Shown in pieces: positions 48,575-59,877 of a stretch of DNA of 64,000 nucleotides (its first letter is position 1; every line of letters begins with the position of its first letter). The notes below the pieces were generated by a model. It had not been told where the DNA came from. It ran no database searches and was given only the letters and a program-made list of their open reading frames with translations. Made by a program: the position numbers and the translations under genes. Source of the DNA: Bdellovibrionota bacterium (lineage in GTDB: Bacteria; Bdellovibrionota_C; UBA2361; JAAYZI01); NCBI GenBank assembly GCA_050950765.1, contig JBMNIF010000005.1, positions 32,001 through 96,000 on the forward strand, in the 5' to 3' direction.

Positions 48575-51500
48575 TTATTGCGCTACTTTATTGTGTTGTT
48601 TTGCTACATATGAATAGATAGCTGGCACAACAAAGAGGGTAAAGACTGTTCCGATAACCATACCGCTAACAAGTGTAATACCGATACTGTTTCTAGCACC
48701 AGCGCCAGCACCACTAGCGATACACAATGGAAAGTGTCCAACAACTGTTGCAACAGAGGTCATTAATACAGGACGTAGCCTTACTATTCCGGCACGAATA
48801 CCGGCTTCAAGACGGTCATACCCCTCTTCCTGTAACCTATTTGCGAATTCAGTGATGAGAATACCGTTCTTCGCTATCAAGCCGACTAAGGTTACCAAGC
48901 CTACTTGGGAATAGATATTAATAGAGGTGCTACCGAAGAAGACAAAGACCATAGAGCCTGCTAAAGCTAACGGAACAGATCCGGCAAGAACGATAAAAGG
49001 ATCTCTAAAACTTTCAAATTGAGCCGCTAATACTAAGTAGATCAAGATTAAGGCGACAAAGAGAGTTCCTATTAACTTACTTCCCTCTGTTCTCAACTGT
49101 CTAGATTCTCCAGCATAATCGATAGTATACTCATTTGAGATCAATTCCTTAGTTTTATTTTCAAGATCCGTTAAAGCAGAATCTATTGAGACTGAACTAT
49201 TAACAACTCCTTGGATCTTAACGGAGTTTAATTGCTGAAAACGGTTTAATTGACGTGGTTCAACGGTAGACTTAATAGTTGCAAAAGTGCTAACAGGTAT
49301 AAGCTTTCCTTCAGGAGTGTTGACATAAGTATTAAGGAGCTGCTCTGGTGTTAAACGTTGAGCCCTCTTTACTTGTGGGATAACTTTATAACTTCTGCCA
49401 TCGACACTATATCTATTAACGTAATTTCCACCAGTTAAAGAAGCCAGCTCCCCTCCGACCTGACGTAAATCCATCCCTAATGAAGCGATCATATCTCTAT
49501 CTAAAACGAATTCAACTTGAGGTAGATCGTATTTTAGATCTAAGTCTACAAAGGTAAATTTCTTTGTAGTATAGGCGTACTGCACTACTTGAGAAGCTAT
49601 CTGATACAAATCTTTTGGATCATGTGTAGATGAAATAACCATTTCAACGGGATATTGACTTCCACCAGGTAATGGCGGTGGTGTGATAACAATAGATCTA
49701 ATCCCTGCAAGTTGTGCCAATCCAGCTCCCATCTGAACTTTTAGCTCTTCTGCACTTTCTTTCCGTACTCCCCACGGCTTTAACACAACTCCGGCAAAAC
49801 CGAAGTTCGGAAGTGTTACCTGAAAAACGGTATCCGTTGCAGGAATTTTCTTAACTACCTCCGCAATCTGACTCGTATAAAGGCTAGTTTGATCAATTGT
49901 AGAGTCAGGAGCTGCCTGTAAAAAAGCCGCAACGATACCTTGATCTTCTTGTGGTGCCAATTCCTTTTCAGAGAAGATATACATCACTGGGATACAAGCA
50001 ATAAGTAGCGCTGCACTACATAAGATGGCAACACGCCACTGCATAGCTGCTCTAAGGGCTTTTTCATAACGAGCTTGTAAGCGGGCGAAAGTTGAGTCTA
50101 CAAAAGTTTTAAAACGTGTCTCTTTTCCATCACTACGAATTAAGCGTGATGACATCATAGGAGATAAGGTTAAAGCAACCATTCCTGATACAACAACTGC
50201 TCCCGCTAATGTAAAAGCGAACTCTCTAAAAAGCGCCCCCGTTAATCCGCCTTGGAAGCCGATCGGTGCATAAACAGTAGCAAGAGTTAATGACATTGCG
50301 ATTGTTGGTAGCACCAATTCTCTCGCACCCTTGATAGCTGCATCAAAAGGTTTCATCCCCTCTTGAACGTGACGCTCTATATTTTCAAGCATGACAATAG
50401 CATCATCTACAACCAAGCCGACGGCTAAAACGATAGCAAGTAGTGTTAAGAGGTTAATGGTGAAGCCAAAGAGAGCCATAAAAACCACACCGCCTAAGAG
50501 TGATAGTGGTATGGCAACGGTTGGAACTAAGACAGACCTGATAGAACCGATAAAAATAAAGATAACTAAAACAACGATACAGACCGTTTCAATAAGAGTG
50601 TTACGAACTTCATCAATGGCATCTTGAATATATTCAGTACTATCATGTGCTATACGAAATTTTATACTATTAGGTAGGTTTTTTTCAATATCAGGTAGGA
50701 TCTTTCTAGTATTTTTAATAACTTCAAGGGTATTAGCATTAGGTAAAACCCAAACTCCTATAAAAACATTAGTGTCGCCATCAACGCGAACATCGACATT
50801 ATAATCAACGGCACCTTGCTCAACGTCTGCGATATCTTTTACTCGAACTAAACTTGAACCTTCACGTTTAATAACTAAATTTTCAAAATCTTCAACAGTC
50901 ACTAAATCGGTATTCGCCGTTAAATTAACAGAAACCATTGAGCCTTTAGTGCTGCCGATAGCAGCTAAATAGTTATTCTGTTTTAAAGCTTGCGTGACCA
51001 TAACGGGGCTAAGCTTCATAGCTGCCATCCGATCAGGCTTCAACCATAAACGCATAGCAAAAGTTCTTTCACCTAAGATCTCAGCTCGTTGTACACCAGG
51101 GACAGCAGATAACTTCGGTTGTACAACTCTAATTAAATAGTCAGTGATCTGATTTGATTTCATCGTATCAGATGAGAAACTGAGGAATAGTGAAGCGAAC
51201 CTATCATCTGTTGATTCAACATTAATGATAGGGACTTCAGCTTCTGGAGGTAGGTCATTTCTAACTTGATTCACCTTTGACTGAATCTGAGTTAAAGCAG
51301 AGTTCGTATCATAATTAAGACGTAAATGCGCCGTAATTTTGCTGATATTCTGAGAACTTTCTGATTCTAAATAATCGATACCATCAGCACTAGCGATCGC
51401 CTGTTCTAAAGGAGTTGTCACAAAACCTCTGATTAAATCTGCGCTAGCACCGATATAAGATGTTTGAACAGTAACAACAGAAAGGTCACTTTTAGGGTAT

Positions 51501-51607
51501 TGTCTAGTCGGAAGAGTTCGTATCGCCTGGATACCAGCTACTAGAATAATTAAATTTGTACAGATAGCTAAAACAGGACGACGTATAAAAAGGTCTGTAA
51601 GTTGCAT
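48575..51607 (-). CDS. RND efflux transporter permease (AcrB/MexW-like)
   Basis: FIRRPVLA, GLVVDDAIVMLEN, LAAQFES, GLIAKNGILI, RLRPVLMT. Confidence 0.95.
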   Translation of the reverse strand: MQLTDLFIRRPVLAICTNLIILVAGIQAIRTLPTRQYPKSDLSVVTVQTSYIGASADLIRGFVTTPLEQAIASADGIDYLESESSQNISKITAHLRLNYDTNSALTQIQSKVNQVRNDLPPEAEVPIINVESTDDRFASLFLSFSSDTMKSNQITDYLIRVVQPKLSAVPGVQRAEILGERTFAMRLWLKPDRMAAMKLSPVMVTQALKQNNYLAAIGSTKGSMVSVNLTANTDLVTVEDFENLVIKREGSSLVRVKDIADVEQGAVDYNVDVRVDGDTNVFIGVWVLPNANTLEVIKNTRKILPDIEKNLPNSIKFRIAHDSTEYIQDAIDEVRNTLIETVCIVVLVIFIFIGSIRSVLVPTVAIPLSLLGGVVFMALFGFTINLLTLLAIVLAVGLVVDDAIVMLENIERHVQEGMKPFDAAIKGARELVLPTIAMSLTLATVYAPIGFQGGLTGALFREFAFTLAGAVVVSGMVALTLSPMMSSRLIRSDGKETRFKTFVDSTFARLQARYEKALRAAMQWRVAILCSAALLIACIPVMYIFSEKELAPQEDQGIVAAFLQAAPDSTIDQTSLYTSQIAEVVKKIPATDTVFQVTLPNFGFAGVVLKPWGVRKESAEELKVQMGAGLAQLAGIRSIVITPPPLPGGSQYPVEMVISSTHDPKDLYQIASQVVQYAYTTKKFTFVDLDLKYDLPQVEFVLDRDMIASLGMDLRQVGGELASLTGGNYVNRYSVDGRSYKVIPQVKRAQRLTPEQLLNTYVNTPEGKLIPVSTFATIKSTVEPRQLNRFQQLNSVKIQGVVNSSVSIDSALTDLENKTKELISNEYTIDYAGESRQLRTEGSKLIGTLFVALILIYLVLAAQFESFRDPFIVLAGSVPLALAGSMVFVFFGSTSINIYSQVGLVTLVGLIAKNGILITEFANRLQEEGYDRLEAGIRAGIVRLRPVLMTSVATVVGHFPLCIASGAGAGARNSIGITLVSGMVIGTVFTLFVVPAIYSYVAKQHNKVAQ

Positions 51608-51720
51608 AAGAAAACTCAGGATTTCATCGGTTAATAAAGAAACTTCTCTCTACATTATTTGTAAGTAAGATTTCACCTCTCATTTTTAAAAAATTAAAAT
51701 GAGAGGTCGCTATAATTAAG

Positions 51721-52860
51721 TTATGTATCTGACGGATTAGGAGAGATACTAGAACCAGGCACAACTGCGTTATTGATTAAAATAGGTGCGCCATCTCTAA
51801 GTTGAAAAGCAGCAGAGCTTACGACCTCTTCTCCGCCTTTTAAGCCACTTGTAACAGCGATAAGCTCACCCCGTCTTTCACCTAAAACAACAGGGGTGCG
51901 TTTTACAACACCTGTGGTATCATCCTCACTTTTCTTCGTTATAACAAAAACTGCATTTTCATAAGAAGAGAAGCTAACTCCGGAGGTGGGGATTGATACA
52001 ACGTTCATAGATTCGTTTAAAAGCAATTCAACCCGTGCAAACATTCCAGGTAGCAAAGCACCATCTTTGTTATTAACGACTGCTTGCAATTCGATATTTC
52101 TTGAAGCCTCATCAACAGCAGGCTCAATCGTTGTTAGTGTTCCTTGAAAAGTACGATCCCCGAAAGCATCTACTGTAAAATTTACAGTCAAGCCGATAGC
52201 GAGTTTGCTAATATATTTTTGTGGCAACGTAAAATTAAGGTAAAGCTTTTCTAAATCTTGTAACGAAACGACATTAGTTCCAGGGGCAAGTACCTGACCT
52301 AAATTAACGTGACGCAGACCTGTTTTTCCACGAAATGGTGCAATAACCTTCTTTTTTGTTATCTTAGCCTCTAAACTAGCAACGGCTGCTTCTGCAGCTC
52401 TATACTCCGCCCTAGCTCTATCAAGGTCTGAAACAGCATTAGCGCTATTTTTTCTTAACGTTTCATGTCTACTTAGTTCCAGTTTGGCAAGTTGATAAGT
52501 TGCTCTAGCACCTTTCAGCTCAGCTTCTTCAACTGAGGTATCGAGCTCAAGTAAAACCGTATCACCTTCCACCACAGTGCCAGGCTTAAAGTTGATTGCC
52601 GTAACACGTCCCGACTCTTCAGCCGCAAGCATAGTACCTTGTATCGGAGCGAGCTCTCCAACTGCATTAAGGCTTATAGACCAAGCTACATCTTGTGCAA
52701 TAGCAGAAGTTACCGCTGTTGGAGGAAGTTGTCGTTTAGCAGCCTCTTCCGCAGCTTCATCGATCTGCATCTTCTTAAAACCGGCGAAAATCAAGATTAG
52801 CACTAAGGTAGCACCAACTCCGATCGCCATCTGTTTAAACATTTTTATCTTCATATTCAC
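51721..52860 (-). CDS. RND efflux periplasmic adaptor (membrane fusion protein)
   Basis: N-terminal TM, APFRG, LLPGMFA, SGLKGGEEVV; upstream of the RND permease. Confidence 0.93.
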   Translation of the reverse strand: MNMKIKMFKQMAIGVGATLVLILIFAGFKKMQIDEAAEEAAKRQLPPTAVTSAIAQDVAWSISLNAVGELAPIQGTMLAAEESGRVTAINFKPGTVVEGDTVLLELDTSVEEAELKGARATYQLAKLELSRHETLRKNSANAVSDLDRARAEYRAAEAAVASLEAKITKKKVIAPFRGKTGLRHVNLGQVLAPGTNVVSLQDLEKLYLNFTLPQKYISKLAIGLTVNFTVDAFGDRTFQGTLTTIEPAVDEASRNIELQAVVNNKDGALLPGMFARVELLLNESMNVVSIPTSGVSFSSYENAVFVITKKSEDDTTGVVKRTPVVLGERRGELIAVTSGLKGGEEVVSSAAFQLRDGAPILINNAVVPGSSISPNPSDT

Positions 52861-52862
52861 TC

Positions 52863-53585
52863 TTAATTTAATGTATTTTTATCAAAAACTTGCAGTAATA
52901 CCTGCTCAATAAAATCGTTTTCACAATTTAAAACGCGCAATGTAAAATCTGTTATCTGCTTAGCTGCAACGTTACACAACTCCGGCTTACTATAATCACA
53001 GTTATCCAAACGTTCAACAAAGGCGCGGTGTGTAAAAAAATATGACGTTTGAGCAGCCACCAAATGAACCGCTGCGATCTTTGTCACTTCCGGCATCTCG
53101 GGAGCTATGATCTGCATAATTTTTAGTAGCCCCAATCTGATCGGTTTCATAAAATCATTAACGGTGCTATCAACGATAGCTTCACGAATTTCAGGGTTAA
53201 AAGATGTCGAACTTAAGATCTCTCGTAGTACAATCCTACGGACGTTAGAGCCTTTTTTGTGAAAGATATGCGTCATCAACGCCACGATAAATTTCGCTAA
53301 TTGTTCGGCAGCATCTTCTGCAGAAAGAGAAACTTCATCTAAGATCATCATCGGATTATCATCTTCACGGCGTGCCATTACTTCTCGCACAACCTCTATA
53401 AAAAGTTGTGCTTTTGAACCGAAATGATACTTGATAGATCCTAAGTTAACAAAAGCAGCTTCGGCGATATTACGTGTGCTAACAGCGGAATATTCGCTTT
53501 GACTAAAAAGCACTTCAGCAGCCTCGAGCAAAGCTTGTCGTGTTGTCTTTTTTTCAAAATTAACTTTCTTTTCCAAAATACCCAC
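52863..53585 (-). CDS. TetR/AcrR (CecR-like) transcriptional regulator
   Basis: TRQALLEAAEVLF..STRNIAEAA..SIKYHFGSKAQL HTH. Confidence 0.9.
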   Translation of the reverse strand: MGILEKKVNFEKKTTRQALLEAAEVLFSQSEYSAVSTRNIAEAAFVNLGSIKYHFGSKAQLFIEVVREVMARREDDNPMMILDEVSLSAEDAAEQLAKFIVALMTHIFHKKGSNVRRIVLREILSSTSFNPEIREAIVDSTVNDFMKPIRLGLLKIMQIIAPEMPEVTKIAAVHLVAAQTSYFFTHRAFVERLDNCDYSKPELCNVAAKQITDFTLRVLNCENDFIEQVLLQVFDKNTLN

Positions 53586-53820
53586 TAATTCAATCGACTG
53601 ACTTATTTTAAAAAGGCTTAAAAAAAATGGCTGATTAACTAAACAGACAATTCTCTATTCAGTCACAGCCTGTGATCTTTATATTATGTCACGTTATTTT
53701 TAATTATACCATAGATAGTAGAAAAAATAATTATCCGCAACTATATAATATAATCAATATGTTATATTATAATATCTTAGAAAAAATAAGTTATTTATTG
53801 GTCTTTCAGAACGGAGATCT

Positions 53821-54330
53821 AGTATCACCCTTCAATGACGATAGAACGGGTGTGATTGCAGGACAAATCAGCTAGATCTCTACGGCGTAAAAAGTATCAC
53901 CCTTCAATGACGATAGAACGGGTGGGGTATTGAAAATTGAATTAGCTAGATCTTGACGGAGGTTAAAAATTTGGAAATTTGGTGCCACCCTTCAGTTAAA
54001 AGCCCTTCAGTTAAAAGTGGGTGTCCTAATTGACGGCTAATAATATCAATATGTTAGCAAAAACTTAGAATTTCAGTTTTGGTGCCACCCACCAGTAAAA
54101 GTGGGTGTCCTAATTGGCAGCATTGGGGCAGCATTGGTGCCACCCTTCATTTTTGGCAGAACGGCTGGCTGCTGCACTGGTGCCACCCTTCAGTAACGAT
54201 CGGACGGGCTAGACTGAAAAACGGATCAGCTAGATCTGGACGGAGGTCAAAAAACTGGTGCCACCCTTCAGTAACGATCGGACGGGCTAGACTGAAAAAC
54301 GGATCAGCTTAGATCTGGACGGGGTAAAAA
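53821..54330 (-). repeat. Mosaic repeat array 6 (GGGTGGCACC-core family, minus orientation)
   Basis: Same core and modules, starting directly at the rnpB 3' end. Confidence 0.9.
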
Positions 54331-54730
54331 GAGAATGGAGCGCAGCGATAAGCGGAATTCTGTAAGCTCTTAAAAAAGAGCCCGATGGTCATTCATCTAG
54401 ACCTGCCGTTACCGACAGGCTCAAGCGAAACTACCCGGAAGCGTTCCACTACGAGCAGTAGTGGCTAAAAGTTTCCTTCTAAAAGCTTCTCTATTTGTTC
54501 TTGCTTCAGTCAGGGTTTACCAAGCTAACGAGTTACCCCGTTACTGGTGAGCTCTTACCTCACCTTTTCACCCTTTCCACACCACCTCCGAAGAAGCGAC
54601 GTGGCGGTTTCCTTTTCTGTGGCACTTTCCCTTAGTCACCTAAGGCCGCTGTTAGCGGCTAACTTGCTCTATGAAGTCCCGACTTTCCTCCCCTCTTACG
54701 AGCGGCGACCATCTGCCAAACTCCACTCTC
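54331..54730 (-). ncRNA. rnpB: RNase P RNA (type A)
   Basis: Minus strand: GAGGAAAGTC, AAGTGCCACAGAAA, GGGTGAAAAGGTGAGGTAAGAGCTCACC, GGTAAACCC, AGATGAATGA, ACAGAA..GCTTA; ends pair as P1. Confidence 0.95.
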
Positions 54731-54957
54731 TATTAAGAAAAATAACATATTTTAAGAGTTTTAAGAAATATAAATGGATAGCGCTAATAAAATAGTGCCG
54801 TGATTTTAAAGATTTCAGAAAAATTCCGCTTTTAAGAAATATAAAGATTTTTACCGCAAAATTAACGGCAATAAAGGTTGGAAGTGGGCGAAGTGGTACA
54901 AGGCGCTGACGTGGATCCTTTTAAAGGCGTGTTTAAATATTATTTAGAGAAAGCTTT

Positions 54958-55704
54958 GTGAAACACTTACAACCTAATGAAATTTTAACCTCAACAATAG
55001 AGATTTTATTACCAGCACGGTGTCATATCTGCGGTCGTAGAGTTTGGCAAACCCCGATCTGCCAAAGTTGCACCCCAACCCTACCCGATAAAATAGATCG
55101 TTGCCCAATCTGCTACACGCCGTGGAGTAATAACAACACCTGTCTCTATTGTAGGCTACACCCCCTACCGTGCATAAAAATGCGCTTCCTCTGGGGATAT
55201 AGCGGCGCTGCACGGAGATTAGTAAACGTTATGAAATATCACCCTAGCCCAGCACTGTGTAAAGTTGCAGGAGAACTTCTAGCAAACGCCCTCCCCTCTC
55301 TTGAGCTCGGATCTGATTTCGATCTGGTAGTGCCGATCCCCTCCTCAAGAAGTAACCTTATTTTACGCGGCTTTAATCAATGCGATATCCTTGCTGAATA
55401 CGTTGCCGCTGCTTTAGAGATCGACCTTGACTATTTAGCACTACGCCACACAAAAAAAATCACACCACAAGCTTCCCTATCCCATAACGAAAGGTTGCGA
55501 AATATGAAGGACACCTTCGCAGTCTCATCAAAAAAAATCATCGGGAAACGTATCTTAATAGTTGATGACGTTATTACAACAGGAGCAACTACAAATAGTG
55601 CCGCCCAAACACTCCTGCGGGGCGGAGCTGCCGCCGTCGGAATCCTCGCTTTAATTCGTTCAGATAATTGGCTTAATTTTAGAGATAAACTCCTTTCTAA
55701 ATAG
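54958..55704 (+). CDS. comF: ComF family protein (zinc ribbon plus PRTase)
   Basis: CxxC motifs, RGFNQ, ILIVDDVITTGAT. Confidence 0.9.
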   Translation: MKHLQPNEILTSTIEILLPARCHICGRRVWQTPICQSCTPTLPDKIDRCPICYTPWSNNNTCLYCRLHPLPCIKMRFLWGYSGAARRLVNVMKYHPSPALCKVAGELLANALPSLELGSDFDLVVPIPSSRSNLILRGFNQCDILAEYVAAALEIDLDYLALRHTKKITPQASLSHNERLRNMKDTFAVSSKKIIGKRILIVDDVITTGATTNSAAQTLLRGGAAAVGILALIRSDNWLNFRDKLLSK

Positions 55705-55717
55705 TAACCTTTAAAAG

Positions 55718-55870
55718 GTTTTACAACCTCATTTGTCCTTATAACTCGCCACCATCGAGCTGTCGGTAAGGATAGAGAAGTTTTACAACCTCACTTGTCC
55801 TTATAACCCTTTGTCTGTTGTGTAGCAGAGAAGAGCTAACAACCTTTACAACTTTATTTCTCCTTATAAC
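55718..55870. repeat. CRISPR-like mini-array: three 28-bp repeats, 34- and 35-bp spacers
   Basis: GTTTTACAACCTCAYTTGTCCTTATAAC at 55718 and 55780, degenerate copy at 55843; no cas genes in the window. Confidence 0.5.
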
Positions 55871-55967
55871 TCCCCACCACCTTAGCCATATTAACTGTAT
55901 TAGACCTGTTACGCTTTTCACCACTCGACATCTCACATCCGCAAGCATAATATCGGGGGGTATTTAA

Positions 55968-57365
<1,398 letters not shown>

Positions 57366-57610
57366 GCACCTTCTCTCGGCTTGTAAGTTTTGTAAGTTGA
57401 ATAATAAAAAAACTATCACAGTCGTTCTTGGCTATTTTCCACTTTCGTCGATTTAGGGTATTAGATAGCTATAAACGATTACGCCTAGGAAAAAGTAGCG
57501 GCTAGACTTGCTTTTCTCAGGTATTAGTCAGCTATAAGCGATTAGACCTTGAAAAAAGCGCTCTCTCTTTTTAGTGATGCCTTTTTATTGATGATAGGAA
57601 TCTTTGTAAT

Positions 57611-58675
57611 ATGAATAGGTTTTTTTTATCTTCTTGCGCAGCACTGACCCTGATTGCGTCTGCTTGCTCTTCATCAAATAAAGATGAGCCGAAAGAGCTC
57701 GTAAAAAAAGAGCTGGCTGATATAGATGCTTCACAAGAAGACCTACTCGCTACCGGCAAAAATTTTTATGCTAAAAGACTTTATTCGATCTCCACAGAAT
57801 CTTTTTCCTCATTAAAAAATGTATATCCGATCGGACCTTATCGTGAGTTTGCAGAGATAAAAACAGCAGATAGCCATTTTCAAAGTCGTGAATATACCTT
57901 AGCTGCCCCACTTTATGAAAACTTTGTAAGGGATCATCCAGCCTCACCGATCTGCCCATACGCCACACTGATGGCAGGGCGCTCTTATCAACTCTCTTAC
58001 GGCGGACTAGGACGGGATACAGCACCACTTGAGAAAGCCTTACAGATGTATAAAAGGCTTGACAGACTCTACCCCACCTCTCCATACGCCGTAGATGCTA
58101 AAACTTTACAACGAAAGATCATCCAAGAGCTTATTGCAAAACAGGAGAAGATTATCGATTTCTATCAACGACAGGAATTTGATAATGCAGCACAATCACG
58201 AGCAGAGATCTTAAAAAAAGATTGGGAGCCTCGTTTAGAAAAGATTAAAAGATCTGAACGTTCCGCTAAACAGAAACGCGCTGCTCAAAAACCTCACATC
58301 GCCTTAAACCAACTCCCCCCTCTTAAGGTGGCAACCCTCAATAAACCGCAATCAGTAAAGGAAAAAGAGAGTGATACATCTTCACAGAACGGCATTAACC
58401 TACTAAGTTGCGCACAAGGCATGGCAACTTTTGCTCTAAATGACCGCGCCCTACTCCCTGAATTCAATAAGGTGAAGGTAGCAACACCCGTAGATGGAAA
58501 AGTCTCTATCTCTATCTCCGCCACCACTCCTTTAAGTGTCACCGACACCACCCTTGATTGTTTTGCAGATAAAGATCTAACCATCACAAAAAACGCCATT
58601 TTATTAACCACAACACGCCGCCTCCTACTTTTTACACTTACCCATCCGATGCGACTGGTGATAATGCCTGAATAG
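57611..58675 (+). CDS. bamD: Outer membrane assembly factor BamD-like lipoprotein with C-terminal extension
   Basis: Lipobox ASAC, YPIGPY..AEIKTAD, FVRDHPASP, RDTAP..A, YPTSPYA. Confidence 0.78.
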   Translation: MNRFFLSSCAALTLIASACSSSNKDEPKELVKKELADIDASQEDLLATGKNFYAKRLYSISTESFSSLKNVYPIGPYREFAEIKTADSHFQSREYTLAAPLYENFVRDHPASPICPYATLMAGRSYQLSYGGLGRDTAPLEKALQMYKRLDRLYPTSPYAVDAKTLQRKIIQELIAKQEKIIDFYQRQEFDNAAQSRAEILKKDWEPRLEKIKRSERSAKQKRAAQKPHIALNQLPPLKVATLNKPQSVKEKESDTSSQNGINLLSCAQGMATFALNDRALLPEFNKVKVATPVDGKVSISISATTPLSVTDTTLDCFADKDLTITKNAILLTTTRRLLLFTLTHPMRLVIMPE

Positions 58676-58909
58676 CCTTCTTCAAAATAAGTGCTAGCAC
58701 GGTTGTGCGTTCTCTTAAGTTGTGAAAGTATTAACATTTTCAGTAAAATACCCTCTGGTCAGATTGCCTGATTAGGAATTACACTCATTAAGTCTCAACT
58801 ACTCTTGCACTCTTTAACGGGCTGTTATGTTTGGAGTTTTCACTTCAACAAAGGCTTACTGTTTAGTGTCACTACGTAGGGGGGAGAGAGTTTCGTATTT
58901 TTTGTCAGT

Positions 58910-59869
58910 ATGAAGATACCTTCGTTACATAATGGACTTAATAAAACGACGCTGGATCGGATTTTGCGTAAAGATGCCGTCGATCGAGCGGTGCGTTGGA
59001 TCAGGTATTTTATTATCGCAATCTGCATAATCGCCACAAGTTGGGGTCTTAAAGAGATCTTGGAAAACATACTGCTCGGAGAAACAGCCATTACAGAGAT
59101 GAACAACTTTGTTGAAGCCAAGATATCAGGAATCAATAACAGTGTAGCGAAAAAAAAAGAGCCTGTCAGTTATAAAAAGATCGTAAAACAACAGATCTTT
59201 GGAAGGATCGGAGCACAAAAAGCCGAGACCAAGCCAGTTCCTAATCTTGGTGGTAATTACCCCACCACTACTATCCCCTTAAAGTTGGTAGGTGTTTACT
59301 TGTGGGATGATGGTGATCACGCAGCAACTATTCAAAAAGCAGAAGACAAAAATGTAGAAGACACTTTCAGTCTAAATGAGAAGATCGTTTTTTCTCCAAA
59401 TTATGTGGCAGAGCTATCAGAGTTGGCAGATGCCCCTACTCTGGCAGCCGTCTATCATGATCGTGTTGAAATAGTTGATCCCAGCGGCAGACGCGAGGTT
59501 TTATTTTTGGAAGATGATGTTACGAGCTCGAGCACAACAGACCCAGCTTCTGAAGCGATCATAGTAAAAGAGAGTGACCTAGATGCAGCCCTTTCTAATT
59601 TACCGCAGCTTTTGCAACAGGCCCGTGCTGTGCCATACTTTAAAGATGGAAAATCGATTGGATTGCGTCTTTTTGCTATTAGACCCGGAAGCTTATATGA
59701 AAAGGTCGGACTGCAAAACGGAGATATCTTAAAAGAGATTAATGGCAACAGTATGAGCGATATTACTCAAGCCATTAAATTATTTGAAACGCTCAAGCAA
59801 GAGAAAAATATTATTGTAAAACTTGAGCGTCAACGAGTAGATAAAACTTTAAGGTATTCAATTCGGTAG
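58910..59869 (+). CDS. gspC: Type II secretion protein GspC (PDZ type)
   Basis: TM, LKLVGV HR domain, PDZ GLRLFAIRPGSLYEKVGLQNGDI; upstream of gspD. Confidence 0.88.
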   Translation: MKIPSLHNGLNKTTLDRILRKDAVDRAVRWIRYFIIAICIIATSWGLKEILENILLGETAITEMNNFVEAKISGINNSVAKKKEPVSYKKIVKQQIFGRIGAQKAETKPVPNLGGNYPTTTIPLKLVGVYLWDDGDHAATIQKAEDKNVEDTFSLNEKIVFSPNYVAELSELADAPTLAAVYHDRVEIVDPSGRREVLFLEDDVTSSSTTDPASEAIIVKESDLDAALSNLPQLLQQARAVPYFKDGKSIGLRLFAIRPGSLYEKVGLQNGDILKEINGNSMSDITQAIKLFETLKQEKNIIVKLERQRVDKTLRYSIR

Positions 59870-59877
59870 AAACAGAT

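Noticed and set aside
51675..51707. Hairpin between the adaptor and RND genes as a terminator
   Set aside because: The stem is real (ACCTCTCATTTT/AAAATGAGAGGT) but has no U-tract on the coding strand and sits inside an operon; at most an mRNA stability element.
54547..54795. 82-aa ORF on the + strand
   Set aside because: Antisense to rnpB.
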